DNA of 64,000 bases from Candidatus Poribacteria bacterium (GTDB lineage Bacteria > Poribacteria > WGA-4E > PCPOR2b), in the NCBI GenBank assembly GCA_965208425.1, contig OZ242335.1:6151181-6215180 (forward strand), written 5' to 3'. The notes under the pieces are model-generated. The model did not search any database. It was not told the DNA's origin and saw nothing but the letters and a program-made list of their open reading frames with translations. The translations under genes were made by a program, and so were the position numbers. Positions 1-8,480 of the stretch are shown piece after piece (the stretch's first letter is position 1; each line of letters opens with the position of its first letter).

Positions 1-430
1 CCACCTTCGTTCTAAATGCCTCAAATTCCCGCTCACCGTATTCGTAGAAACCGTACATCAGGTAGGAACGATCGTAGGTATCTACCTCACCCAAGTGAAG
101 CACAACGATTGGAACTTCAATTTCGACTGCCAACTCCATCGTCCGGATCGTCTGTTTAACCGCTTCGTTCCGCGTATCCGCATCAAGACTTGCCAAATGA
201 ATAGGATCATTCTCCGCTTGTGATTGTGGGAGACCGTGTAGAACGGGACAAAAGTTGTGGATCGAGCAGATCTGCGTCGTTGCTAGGTGGGGCTTAATCT
301 GCTCAATCTGTCCTCGTGTCAGATGTCGGCTGAGTTCAATCGCATCAAATCCAAGTTCCTTGAGTTCGTCAAGCAACGCGGCTCCATCAGGGCGTCTCAA
401 AGCGTTCCACATTGTCGAAATTGCTAACAT
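1..430 (-). CDS. Sugar phosphate isomerase/epimerase (xylose-isomerase-like TIM barrel) family protein, 5' part only. The gene runs off the window start. ATG at 428-430 is 1 bp from the purN stop.
   Basis: Manual minus-strand translation from the ATG at 430 gives MLAISTMWNALRRPDGAALLDELKELGFDAIELS...IEVPIVVLHLGEV with no stop down to position 1. The AP-endonuclease/xylose-isomerase TIM-barrel flavour is recognised by eye. It is not in the supplied ORF track because it is truncated by the window edge. Confidence 0.5.
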   Translation of the reverse strand, partial: MLAISTMWNALRRPDGAALLDELKELGFDAIELSRHLTRGQIEQIKPHLATTQICSIHNFCPVLHGLPQSQAENDPIHLASLDADTRNEAVKQTIRTMELAVEIEVPIVVLHLGEVDTYDRSYLMYGFYEYGEREFEAFRTKV

Positions 431-431
431 T

Positions 432-1082
432 TCATGACTCCCTCACAACGACTTTTCTGCCAACAACTTCGAGTTTGCCGGCTGCATACCACCGAACGAC
501 CTGTGGATACAGTTTATGCTCTTCAGTATGAATCCGCTTGAACAGGCTTTCTTCGTCATCATCGTCGAATATAGGCACCGAAACCTGTGCGATGATAGGT
601 CCAGCATCAATCCCTTCATCCACAAAAAAAACGCTTATGCCGCTGACCTTAACGCCATACGCTAGCGTATCGGGTACAGGGTGCGCCCCCGGAAACGCAG
701 GCAGTAGAGATGGATGAATATTGACGATACGGTTGCGGTACTTCCGCACAAACGCTGGCTGGAACAATTTCATAAAGCCTGCTAGAACAATTAGCTCCAC
801 TTCACACTTGTCAAGGATTTTTGAAATTTCCGCATCAAACGCATCTCGATTCGGAAAATCCCGGACTCTCACAACATGGGTGGGAATCCCGGCTTCCTTG
901 GCACGGGTGAGCGCGTAGGCTTTCCTTCGATCACTCATCACTACAGCGATTTCAACTCCACTATTTTCGTCATGGTGGAGCTGATCGATTAATGCCTGTA
1001 AATTGGTTCCGCTGCCAGAGGCTAATACTGCAATTTTCATATTCGCTGATTGATTCCTCGCGCAACCTTTGAGTGGGCTCAT
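432..1082 (-). CDS. purN: Phosphoribosylglycinamide formyltransferase (GAR transformylase). The conserved N-terminus MKIAVLASGSGTNLQAL starts at the internal ATG at 1040, so the true start may be 1040.
   Basis: 216-aa ORF with the PurN hallmark motifs (MKIAVLASGSGTNLQALI, NIHPSLLPAFPG, formyl-transferase fold). Confidence 0.85.
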   Translation of the reverse strand: MSPLKGCARNQSANMKIAVLASGSGTNLQALIDQLHHDENSGVEIAVVMSDRRKAYALTRAKEAGIPTHVVRVRDFPNRDAFDAEISKILDKCEVELIVLAGFMKLFQPAFVRKYRNRIVNIHPSLLPAFPGAHPVPDTLAYGVKVSGISVFFVDEGIDAGPIIAQVSVPIFDDDDEESLFKRIHTEEHKLYPQVVRWYAAGKLEVVGRKVVVRES

Positions 1083-1129
1083 AGCCTCTATTATACCCTA
1101 TTTTTTGACCATGTTGTAAGTGCTAACTT

Positions 1130-1235
1130 TGTCTGAATCGCGGATTATCGCGGATTAAGGGATTACACGGATTCAAAAATCCGCGCTATCTATTTCATCT
1201 GTTTAATCTGTGATCCAGACATTTTCCGCCCCCGC
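1130..1235. repeat. C-family hairpin repeat copy ('ttgtctgaatcgcggattatcgcggattaagggattacacggattc' arm). Related copies are at 2338, 8365, 12128, 17281 and 39175.
   Basis: Direct sequence comparison between copies. Confidence 0.6.
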
Positions 1236-1290
1236 CCCAATAGCAATTTCTTCAGGAGTCAAGTTGTATAATGAGTAACTGGTCAATCTC
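1203..1290 (-). pseudogene. Decayed 3'-terminal fragment of a type IIG RM gene. It encodes ...YSLYNLTPEEIAIGAGAENV with the stop lost. It is about 94% identical at the nucleotide level to the true 3' end of the 12170-15802 gene.
   Basis: 1215-1277 aligns to 12171-12233 with 4 mismatches in 67 nt. The peptide matches the C-terminus ...VYSLYNLTPEEIAIVEGAENV* of the 1210-aa protein. Confidence 0.7.
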
Positions 1291-1702
1291 ACTCCTCGGC
1301 TCCGCCTAAAGCGTCCGGGGATGGCGTTCTTGAAACGAATTTTGACCGTAGTGCGAGTTGAGTCGCTAAAAATAAAATGTCGTCCCGTCCATCTGGCCAC
1401 GGTATAATATCAGCATGTAAAGGATGTATAGAAGTTTCGGGTTCAACCTTTTGCTGGAGAGCGTAAACATCTTTTGCCAAAAGGTCAGCTCGACCGTACA
1501 AGGTCTTACCTCTCGGTTCAGCCACAAACTCATTACCAATTGACCAAATCGTGCTTTCGCTCAGTGTTGAGGTACGGTAAACGGACAATCGTTTGTTTTT
1601 TGGTGGAACAAATGCTTTAGCTTTAACAGTCTGATCCGACGGGCGAAACTCATTTCTACTCAGTATGAAACGACTAATTCTTTCATTTGGATCAATTGTC
1701 AT
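1289..1702 (-). CDS. Hypothetical protein of 137 aa, the distal gene of a two-gene overlapping module.
   Basis: ORF with start-stop overlap (1692-1702) with the upstream 205-aa gene. No recognisable motif. Confidence 0.45.
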   Translation of the reverse strand: MTIDPNERISRFILSRNEFRPSDQTVKAKAFVPPKNKRLSVYRTSTLSESTIWSIGNEFVAEPRGKTLYGRADLLAKDVYALQQKVEPETSIHPLHADIIPWPDGRDDILFLATQLALRSKFVSRTPSPDALGGAEE

Positions 1703-2309
1703 AACGGAGGTAAAGACCTGTAATCATGCCAATAACGGCGATAAGGTGAGGCATTGAAAAGGTTAATATCCCACGCGCTTGATTCCCCGCGCCGAAGATT
1801 CCAGCAAAAACGATGTGCCCATCTCCACCAAAACTCAAGGTAAATATCTTTTGTCCTTCTCGCCATTCGAGGCAGATTTCACCGTTGTCTAAGGGCATAA
1901 TATCCGGTAAGGGCACGAATTTGTTAACCGTTTTCAAAAACCTGTCCACATCTTCGTAAGCCGTTTCTGGGATGGCATCTAGCTCTTGATCAAGCCTCCT
2001 TTCTTCTTCCGCTTCTGCTCGTACTTTTTGGAGTATCTTCTCTATATCCTTTGGGGCGGGGTCATCTAAATCTGTGTGAACAGCACTTCCTTCTATCTGA
2101 GGTGCTTTTGCCAGTGCTTTCCATGCTCGATCGTAGTTTCTTAGTATCTCGTCCAAGGCGATTTCTGGATCACTCGCTGATTCAGGCGCGGCTTCGCAGT
2201 CTTCTTGATTCTGAAGATAGATCAGATAGTCAACGACTGCTTTCAGGTTTTCTGTTGAGAGTTGTTTGATTAATTCAACTGCTTGTTGTTGTAGGTCTAC
2301 TTTTCGCAT
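1692..2309 (-). CDS. Hypothetical protein of 205 aa. It carries a 'VVDYLIYLQ' motif shared with the TPR-TRD protein at 4162-6453.
   Basis: ORF. The N-terminal LKAVVDYLIYLQNQ resembles IGKIVDYLIYLQGQ in the 763-aa protein. The acidic middle and the C-terminal domain are unrecognised. Confidence 0.5.
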   Translation of the reverse strand: MRKVDLQQQAVELIKQLSTENLKAVVDYLIYLQNQEDCEAAPESASDPEIALDEILRNYDRAWKALAKAPQIEGSAVHTDLDDPAPKDIEKILQKVRAEAEEERRLDQELDAIPETAYEDVDRFLKTVNKFVPLPDIMPLDNGEICLEWREGQKIFTLSFGGDGHIVFAGIFGAGNQARGILTFSMPHLIAVIGMITGLYLRYDN

Positions 2310-2337
2310 GGTATTCCCTCTTTTGTTCTGTTTGCCT

Positions 2338-2480
2338 TTATTGTCAGAATCGCAGATTATCGCAGATTAAGGGATTACACGAAGACATTCTATAGACATA
2401 GCACTCCGCTGGAGTGCGGGACTTGGACCTACCACCGTTCTATAGACATGCCGCCCCGCTGGGGCGGAATACATACGGTT
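2338..2480. repeat. C-family repeat arm followed by two D-family units ('ttctatagacat..ccgctgg..' hairpins 'gcactccgctggagtgc' and 'gccccgctggggc').
   Basis: Sequence comparison with 17195-17280, 17810-17900 and 52698-52745. Confidence 0.55.
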
Positions 2481-2565
2481 GTCAAGATAGGCATAGGATT
2501 TGTATATCAGTTCAATAATTTCCAAGACTTACGCACTTCAGATTACGTGACTTATAAAAAAAGAT

Positions 2566-2660
2566 GGCTCATATAAAAAGAAAGTGCAAAGCACGAAAAG
2601 AAACCGAGTTTTCAAGAAAAAACTCGGTTTCTTTGCACTAAATCTTAACATGAGCGAAAA
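2566..2660. mobile_element. A-family MITE-like element. It has terminal 'ggctcatataaaaag' and a core perfect inverted repeat GAAACCGAGTTTT-caagaa-AAAACTCGGTTTC (2600-2631) nested in gtgcaaag/ctttgcac. It lies downstream of the 472-aa ATPase gene and is a likely terminator.
   Basis: Nine related copies in the window (15948, 19459, 39320, 40873, 53295, 55918, 60352, 62994). The 53295-53388 copy shows both TIRs (ggctcatg.../...catatgagcc). Confidence 0.7.
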
Positions 2661-2703
2661 AGATATAATGTGTGACGAATTGTGCGTATGTAGGGAACGC
2701 AGA

Positions 2704-2733
2704 TCTGCGTTCCCTACGAATATGTTCAACTGC
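2704..2733. repeat. Perfect 28-bp palindrome gtagggaacgcagatctgcgttccctac. A second copy is at 43071-43098.
   Basis: Exact match of the two copies. The sequence is self-complementary. Confidence 0.7.
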
Positions 2734-2746
2734 GTAAGTTCTACCC

Positions 2747-4165
2747 TTAATTTGCCGCTAATTCAGCTTCAAGTGTTTCCACCACTTTCATTGCCTCAGA
2801 AAGTTCTTTTTTGACCACAGTTACAGTGCGAGCATGGCTGAGTGGGTTCAGGATAATACTTCGATACAGTTCAATCTCGTTAATGAGGCTCTGCCCTAAA
2901 AAGGGTGTGCCATCCCTTAATGTTCCTGTTTTTATTGGACCCCAGAAATCTTTGCTTGTCAGATCTTTCGGATTTTCGCAGTATCTGACTTGAAGATTCT
3001 TCTTATCACAGAATCTCTTGATAGCCGCTTCAAAGGCGGTGCGAAGATAAATGACGCAGGCTTTGTAGTCGTTGGTGGTGAAATATTCCTTCGCCTTTTC
3101 AAGATATGCCTTATTTTTCGCGTAGATTGGGATCTCGTATTCGTCAGTTTGATCGGAATAGAATTCGGCGTATTCCCACTCTGCATCAGATGTTCGTTGT
3201 CTGACAATCTCATACCACGCCTTATCATACGTCATCAAAAAGATTTGGTAGTCTGAGAAATACTCATCTAGGATATCAAGCACCGGCAGGCGGTTTGACA
3301 TATCTAAGCCAATCAACACATCATCTAGGCCGAGAATCTTCAGGCGGCTTTCTGGCTGAATCAGGATTGATGAAAAGTAGATAGCGATAGCAATCGCCGA
3401 TAATCTCGCCTCGTTTAGGAAGAGGTGATGCCTAGGAATATTTCTGTTGAAGAAATCAACCGTTAAGAGAATTTGTTGATTATCAAGCTTCTTTGTCTTG
3501 TTGTTATATTTAACTCTTGGAAAATCGAAGTTGAGTTTAATGTTGTTTTCAAATTTGCCAAGAATTTCAGATGCCCTCGGCTGCAGTTCTGCTAATCTGT
3601 TTGTTAATTCATCGTTGAAATTCGCTATCTGTCTTTCAAGGATTGCAATTTGACCTGCTGCATTTCGGCGTGGATATGGTGGTTGAATGTCAGCCCAATC
3701 ATCCGCAAGGCTCCGACCCCCAATGTTGATGGTATTTGCCAAAAGCGTCTCAACCAGCAAATTGAACACATTCACAGCGTTACTTTCACGATGGATGTAG
3801 TGCGTCTCTAGAAGGGACTTATAGTCGAGAAAACCCTTTGTTTTTGATGCTTCAATAATCAGTTGGTCATCCGTCTCTCTAACGTTTTCCGACCATTCGT
3901 AGATCTCTTTTCTTGACCGTTCATTAGCACGGAGACCTAGTTTGATATAGCCCGCATCTGTGATAAAGATGTTCCGGTCGTTTTCAAATCTATGGGAAGG
4001 ATCTTCGCCGGATTCCAAGAACAGCTTTAACGCAAAATACAGGGACGATTTTCCGCTCCCATTTTCACCGTAAATTAGTAGGTTCTTCCCTGACTTGCGT
4101 AGGTCAATTCGGTAGGTTCCGTAAAAGGCTCTGAAGTTTTTGATTTCAATCTCAGTAATTCTCAC
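2747..4165 (-). CDS. ABC-type (AAA_15/AAA_21-like) ATPase, abortive-infection type. It is translationally coupled (GTG start overlapping the upstream TGA) to the TPR-TRD gene. The C-terminal ~140 aa may be a PrrC/HEPN-like effector (NPLSH motif).
   Basis: N-terminus ITEIEIKNFRAF, Walker A IYGENGSGKSSLYFAL and Walker B/D-loop RLKILGLDDVLIGLD. The tail ...YRSIILNPLSHA is an inference. Confidence 0.75.
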   Translation of the reverse strand: MRITEIEIKNFRAFYGTYRIDLRKSGKNLLIYGENGSGKSSLYFALKLFLESGEDPSHRFENDRNIFITDAGYIKLGLRANERSRKEIYEWSENVRETDDQLIIEASKTKGFLDYKSLLETHYIHRESNAVNVFNLLVETLLANTINIGGRSLADDWADIQPPYPRRNAAGQIAILERQIANFNDELTNRLAELQPRASEILGKFENNIKLNFDFPRVKYNNKTKKLDNQQILLTVDFFNRNIPRHHLFLNEARLSAIAIAIYFSSILIQPESRLKILGLDDVLIGLDMSNRLPVLDILDEYFSDYQIFLMTYDKAWYEIVRQRTSDAEWEYAEFYSDQTDEYEIPIYAKNKAYLEKAKEYFTTNDYKACVIYLRTAFEAAIKRFCDKKNLQVRYCENPKDLTSKDFWGPIKTGTLRDGTPFLGQSLINEIELYRSIILNPLSHARTVTVVKKELSEAMKVVETLEAELAAN

Positions 4166-6453
4166 GCCTTGTCCTCAATGATACGGATCGGTTTAACGCT
4201 ATTGAGAAAGAAAAGGTTCCGCCGGATCGGATGTGTTCTTTCATACAATCGCTCGAAGATCTCCTGTAACGCGGCCATTTTATCTCCCCGAATTTCTTCA
4301 AGCTGCGGCAACCGTTCATCCAACAACGGTTTGAAGAACTGCTTTTTCCCTTGATGCAGTGCTTCAGGTAGATAGGAGTCATAAACCAGTCCGTCAATGA
4401 TCCGCTCAAAGTACCCGAGCATTATGAAGTCGCGGGCGTGTGCCAAATCCACCCCACTCGTCGTCGGTTGTCCCTGAAGGTAGATGAGGTAATCGACAAT
4501 TTTGCCGATCAGGGATTTCTGCGTTGGTGTAAGATCGGGAATAGGGATTTGTTGCATATAGCGGCTGCGCGCCCGTAGATAATCGCCTGACAACTGGTTT
4601 GAAGTCTGCGAATAGAACCACTCCACAACGCGGGAATTGAGGAGACCGCACAACCACGTTTCCTCGGTCGGGATAAGGTAGCATGTATCCCCACAGTAAA
4701 ATCCTTCTGTATCAACGGCAAAGGTTTGATGGTCGTAGTTATTTGGGCAGATCAACTTCGTTTGCGTAAAGAGTTCAGCGTTGCTTCTGGTGGTTGGCAG
4801 TTCGTACCATTTCTGTTTACCCGCCCTTTTGCTCAAGGCGGATTTATATTTTTCCAAATGTTTTCGGATGGCGGGATAACGGTCTATCTCTATGCGACGG
4901 TAGGCAAAAATTAACCATGAGTCCCCGATAGATCGGGATTTATCAACCGGTTTCGCTACCCCCCAGCGTCTGATGTCTCGTCCATGCAAAAACGGTTTCA
5001 AAATATCGGCGGATGCAGGATGATCGGCAATGAGTAGATCTCGCGTCGCACTATCCACGACAAAGGCTCCGCTCCCGCCGGTCCTGATTCCGAAAGTAGG
5101 GCGCGTTTGAACATATTGCGACAGGGGTGGGCCTGCATCACGAAGCTTTGCAAGTAGATTCAATATATCGGGCGATTCAAAGGGTGTACCATCGGGTCTC
5201 AAGAATTTTTCTGTCTTGGGATAACGGCTCCTTCGCCGTTGTGTTAGCATCGCGGCAATGTCTTCGGGCAATTTAATACGATTTGCCCGCTCATACGCCT
5301 CAATGCTTCTGTAGTCATTATGAAATGCAGCGACGATATCCATTCCCAAGTCTTTGGCAGTAGTCAGATCTGATTTGGCTTCTTCCCACTCTCTCAAGTG
5401 CAACCACGCCCGGCCGCGATTGTTATAGGCGTTGACGAAAACGGGATTTAGGGCTATCGCTTTAGTATAGTCTACGATCGCACGGTCATAATCGCCTTTT
5501 TCACTGTAAGCCACTCCACGATTGTTATAGACGTTGGTATCATTGGGATTGAACTTTATTATTTTATTAAAATCTTCAATGGCGCGGTCAAAATCGCCTT
5601 TGTTGAAATAAGCAGCCCCACGATTGTAGTAGGCACCGACAAGGCGTAACTCTAATTGTATTGCAGTGTTATAGTTTTCAATGGCGCGGTCAAAATCGCC
5701 TTTGTTGAAATAAGCAATCCCGCGGTTGTTATAGGCCTCAGCATAATTAGGTTTGCGTTTTATCGCCGTGCTATGGTCTGCGATAGCACGGTCAAAATCG
5801 CCCTTTTTGTCGTAGGCAACCCCACGATTGGTATACGGCTCGGCATAATCAGGGTTAAGTTCTATCGCTTTGTTGTAGTCTTCAATGGCACGGTCAAAAT
5901 CGTGTTTTTTGTCATAAGCAGCACCACGATTGTTATATGGCTCAGCATAATTAGGTTTGCGTTTTATCGCCGTGTTAAAATCTGAGATAGCACGGTCAAA
6001 ATCGCCTTTTTCACGGTAAGCAATTCCACGATTGTTATATGGCTCGGCATAATCGGGTTTGCGTTTTATCGCCGTGTTATAGTCTGCGATGGCACGGTCA
6101 AAATCGCCCTTTAACCCGTAAACAACGCCACGATTGTTATAGGCTTTGGCATAATTGGGATTGAGTCTTATCGCTGTGTTAAAATCTTCAATGGCACGGT
6201 CAACCTCACCTTTTTTGCCGTAAGCAATCCCACGATTGTTATAGGCTTCGACAAAATCAGGTTTGAGTGCTATCGCTTTGCTAAATTCTGCGATTGCTTT
6301 GTCCTGATCCCCGTTTTCGCTATAGGTGATGCCGCGGGTATTATGTGCCTCGGCATCTTCAGATATCAGGGCTATTGCTTTGGTAGTATCCCTGTTAGGT
6401 ACACTTGTATGAGTGTAATCAAAGCTAGCAGTTGCTAAGTTGGGTACTAGCAT
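4162..6453 (-). CDS. Protein of about ten TPR repeats fused to a type-IIG/TaqI-like C-terminal TRD. It has no nuclease or methyltransferase motifs.
   Basis: Repeated AYNNRGxAYxxKGDFDRAIxDYNTAI units. The C-terminal 330 aa align block-by-block with the C-terminal region of the 1210-aa RM enzyme, sharing the CGLLNSR(V/L)xxFY motif. Confidence 0.75.
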   Translation of the reverse strand: MLVPNLATASFDYTHTSVPNRDTTKAIALISEDAEAHNTRGITYSENGDQDKAIAEFSKAIALKPDFVEAYNNRGIAYGKKGEVDRAIEDFNTAIRLNPNYAKAYNNRGVVYGLKGDFDRAIADYNTAIKRKPDYAEPYNNRGIAYREKGDFDRAISDFNTAIKRKPNYAEPYNNRGAAYDKKHDFDRAIEDYNKAIELNPDYAEPYTNRGVAYDKKGDFDRAIADHSTAIKRKPNYAEAYNNRGIAYFNKGDFDRAIENYNTAIQLELRLVGAYYNRGAAYFNKGDFDRAIEDFNKIIKFNPNDTNVYNNRGVAYSEKGDYDRAIVDYTKAIALNPVFVNAYNNRGRAWLHLREWEEAKSDLTTAKDLGMDIVAAFHNDYRSIEAYERANRIKLPEDIAAMLTQRRRSRYPKTEKFLRPDGTPFESPDILNLLAKLRDAGPPLSQYVQTRPTFGIRTGGSGAFVVDSATRDLLIADHPASADILKPFLHGRDIRRWGVAKPVDKSRSIGDSWLIFAYRRIEIDRYPAIRKHLEKYKSALSKRAGKQKWYELPTTRSNAELFTQTKLICPNNYDHQTFAVDTEGFYCGDTCYLIPTEETWLCGLLNSRVVEWFYSQTSNQLSGDYLRARSRYMQQIPIPDLTPTQKSLIGKIVDYLIYLQGQPTTSGVDLAHARDFIMLGYFERIIDGLVYDSYLPEALHQGKKQFFKPLLDERLPQLEEIRGDKMAALQEIFERLYERTHPIRRNLFFLNSVKPIRIIEDKA

Positions 6454-6613
6454 GACCTCTTCTCCTTCGCGATACGGATTTTTTTTGGTGCCATAATAAT
6501 CTGCTGATGGATAGGTGTCACCTAAATTTCACGGAGTAGACTGGCTGCACATTCTGTTTGATGCTTGGAAACGATCCGGAAGTCGTGAACTTGGGTTAAA
6601 ATGAATATCCTAA

Positions 6614-8278
6614 TTATTCGATTGGCGTGTTTTCTATCTGATCTAGCGTTTCAGAAAGTGGCAGAATACGGCTTTTGAGGGCTTGAGCCAACTGATTGTC
6701 TTTCTGAATTAGGGTGAGAACCATGCGCTCATAATCCTTTTGGTTGCGACATCTAAGGGTTGTTGCGATGATTTCAAAAGTTCGACTTTTACGCAGTGAG
6801 TAACGAGCAATAAGCTGATCTAGCTTACCCTCGTCAACGAGCTTATTGAAGCGATGCAGCTCCTCAGAATAGGGGCTTGGATCAATAGATACACAAATTG
6901 GTTGATTTGGGTTATCCATAATTGACTCCTTGGACGGAATTTGCAATAAGACTCTTTCACGTATTTGGCGTTCACATCGTAGTGAGGCCATTCGTTCAGC
7001 CGTTTTCTCCGCTTCCACTTTCAGGGCTTCAATCGCTTTCTGCTTGGCAGATTTGATGAGTTCGTCGGCATCGTAGCCAAGGGAATCCTCTTGTTGGCGA
7101 GCAACAGCGGCAATAGCGTCTGAGCAATAATAGAGAGCTTCAACCGAGTACACATCCAAGGCAAATACACCCTTTTCGGCGAGTTCCTTCACGTCGTCGT
7201 CCGTCCGGTTATCTCGGTCAATGAGGCCAAAGATCTCTACATGTACAGGGTGGATTCCTTGAGATCCACGCCACCCAAGCACCGCTTTTTGGACAGCCTC
7301 ACAACTCTCTTGCGGAACTACAGAAAGCTCGGGAAAGAGAGTAGTGTAAAGGGAAAAATCTGGACCGTCAGGCTTGCCTTCCACGAATAGAATCTTTTTT
7401 CTGGATCCAAGGATTGCAAGTTTAAGTTCTTCCGGGAGTTCAGCGTTCGGCTCCAGGACATAGGCATCCCAAGCTATACATTGATCGCCGCTCCATCGAC
7501 AAGATCTGAGCATGAGAATTTGTGCCTCTGGGTTAACAACTGGAAGTGCTATCTCATGAGTTGCAACAATAAATATGCAGTCCTCCCTTCTTTTGGCGAA
7601 TAATGCCGAGAGAAATGGTTGGATGATAGATCGGTGGAGATGTCTTTCCGGTTCGTCGATTAGAAGCACCTTTCCGGGTTCAGCCGTGATGACATGCGCT
7701 GCGATGATCATTGCGTTCCGTTCACCATCTGACATTTCTGCAACACTGAAGGGATCTCCCTGGGGATGCCTTGCGAGTAGATTCCGGTCATCGGGATTTT
7801 CGACCGTAACTGTCAGCGTACCGAGAGCAAGCAATTCATTTATCTGATCGAACGGAGAAGGCGATTCAGCAGAAATATCTCGTGCTTTCGTGAGATCTTT
7901 ACTATCTACATGACGAGCAATGGCACGGGCACGGGTGTTTTCTTTGGCAACCAAGTCAAATAGGATAGCAGATAAATCCTGCTGTGCCCTGAGATCTTTC
8001 CAGCGAGCCGCATTGGTTATGTGATAGCCTAGTGTTTGATCCTCATGTTGCTGGCGTTGTTCAGATGTAAAATCGCTGCTTCCTGAATTGAACCATGTTT
8101 GTCTGTGTGCAGCTATCCATTTAACCCGGTTATTCCTATTCTCTGAAACAAACCGCTGTATTAACGCCGATTTGCCAGAACCATTAGGTCCTACGATGAA
8201 CAATGGATTACCAATCTTTAGTGTTAGTTGTATTGGATCGCTCGATATTCTCGGAATTTGCCAGTTTATGTCTCCCAT
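6614..8278 (-). CDS. Fused ABC ATPase + DUF4435/TOPRIM nuclease, of the PARIS AriA-AriB fusion type or an OLD-family enzyme.
   Basis: Walker A FIVGPNGSGKSALIQ, signature-like MSDGERNAMI, Walker B KVLLIDEPERHLH. The C-terminal TOPRIM shows KKILFVEGKPDGPDF and GLIDRDNRTDDD. Confidence 0.7.
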   Translation of the reverse strand: MGDINWQIPRISSDPIQLTLKIGNPLFIVGPNGSGKSALIQRFVSENRNNRVKWIAAHRQTWFNSGSSDFTSEQRQQHEDQTLGYHITNAARWKDLRAQQDLSAILFDLVAKENTRARAIARHVDSKDLTKARDISAESPSPFDQINELLALGTLTVTVENPDDRNLLARHPQGDPFSVAEMSDGERNAMIIAAHVITAEPGKVLLIDEPERHLHRSIIQPFLSALFAKRREDCIFIVATHEIALPVVNPEAQILMLRSCRWSGDQCIAWDAYVLEPNAELPEELKLAILGSRKKILFVEGKPDGPDFSLYTTLFPELSVVPQESCEAVQKAVLGWRGSQGIHPVHVEIFGLIDRDNRTDDDVKELAEKGVFALDVYSVEALYYCSDAIAAVARQQEDSLGYDADELIKSAKQKAIEALKVEAEKTAERMASLRCERQIRERVLLQIPSKESIMDNPNQPICVSIDPSPYSEELHRFNKLVDEGKLDQLIARYSLRKSRTFEIIATTLRCRNQKDYERMVLTLIQKDNQLAQALKSRILPLSETLDQIENTPIE

Positions 8279-8364
8279 GAAAAAATTCTTCCTTTCCCTC
8301 CTGTCCTTCAGTACGGTGTATCAGTAACGAATTTTAGGATTCCCAAGATTTTTGGACGCCCTCC

Positions 8365-8480
8365 TACCTATCCTTTAATCCTGAAAATCCTGATTCTGAC
8401 GGTTTTCCTATTGTCAGAATCGCTGATTATCGCAGATTTAAGGATTACACAGATTCAAAAAAACCCGTCATACCATCATA
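8365..8480. repeat. C-family hairpin element with both arms (aatcctgaaaatcctgattctgac ... gtcagaatcgctgattatcgcagatttaaggattacacagattc).
   Basis: Sequence comparison. Confidence 0.6.

Noticed and set aside
255-437. 60-aa plus-strand ORF.
   Set aside because: It lies antisense within the better-supported minus-strand sugar phosphate isomerase gene and has low-complexity composition.
2385-2480. Possible mini CRISPR array (paired gccccgctggggc hairpin repeats about 48 bp apart; also at 17195-17280 and 17810-17900).
   Set aside because: Each locus has only two units. The units are themselves dispersed at four or more loci with variable sequence. The 'spacers' are related to each other, and there are no cas genes. 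This is REP/BIME-like dispersed-repeat behaviour, not CRISPR.
5656-5985. 109-aa plus-strand ORF with an internally repetitive peptide.
   Set aside because: It is antisense to the TPR repeats of the 4162-6453 gene and is a periodicity artefact.
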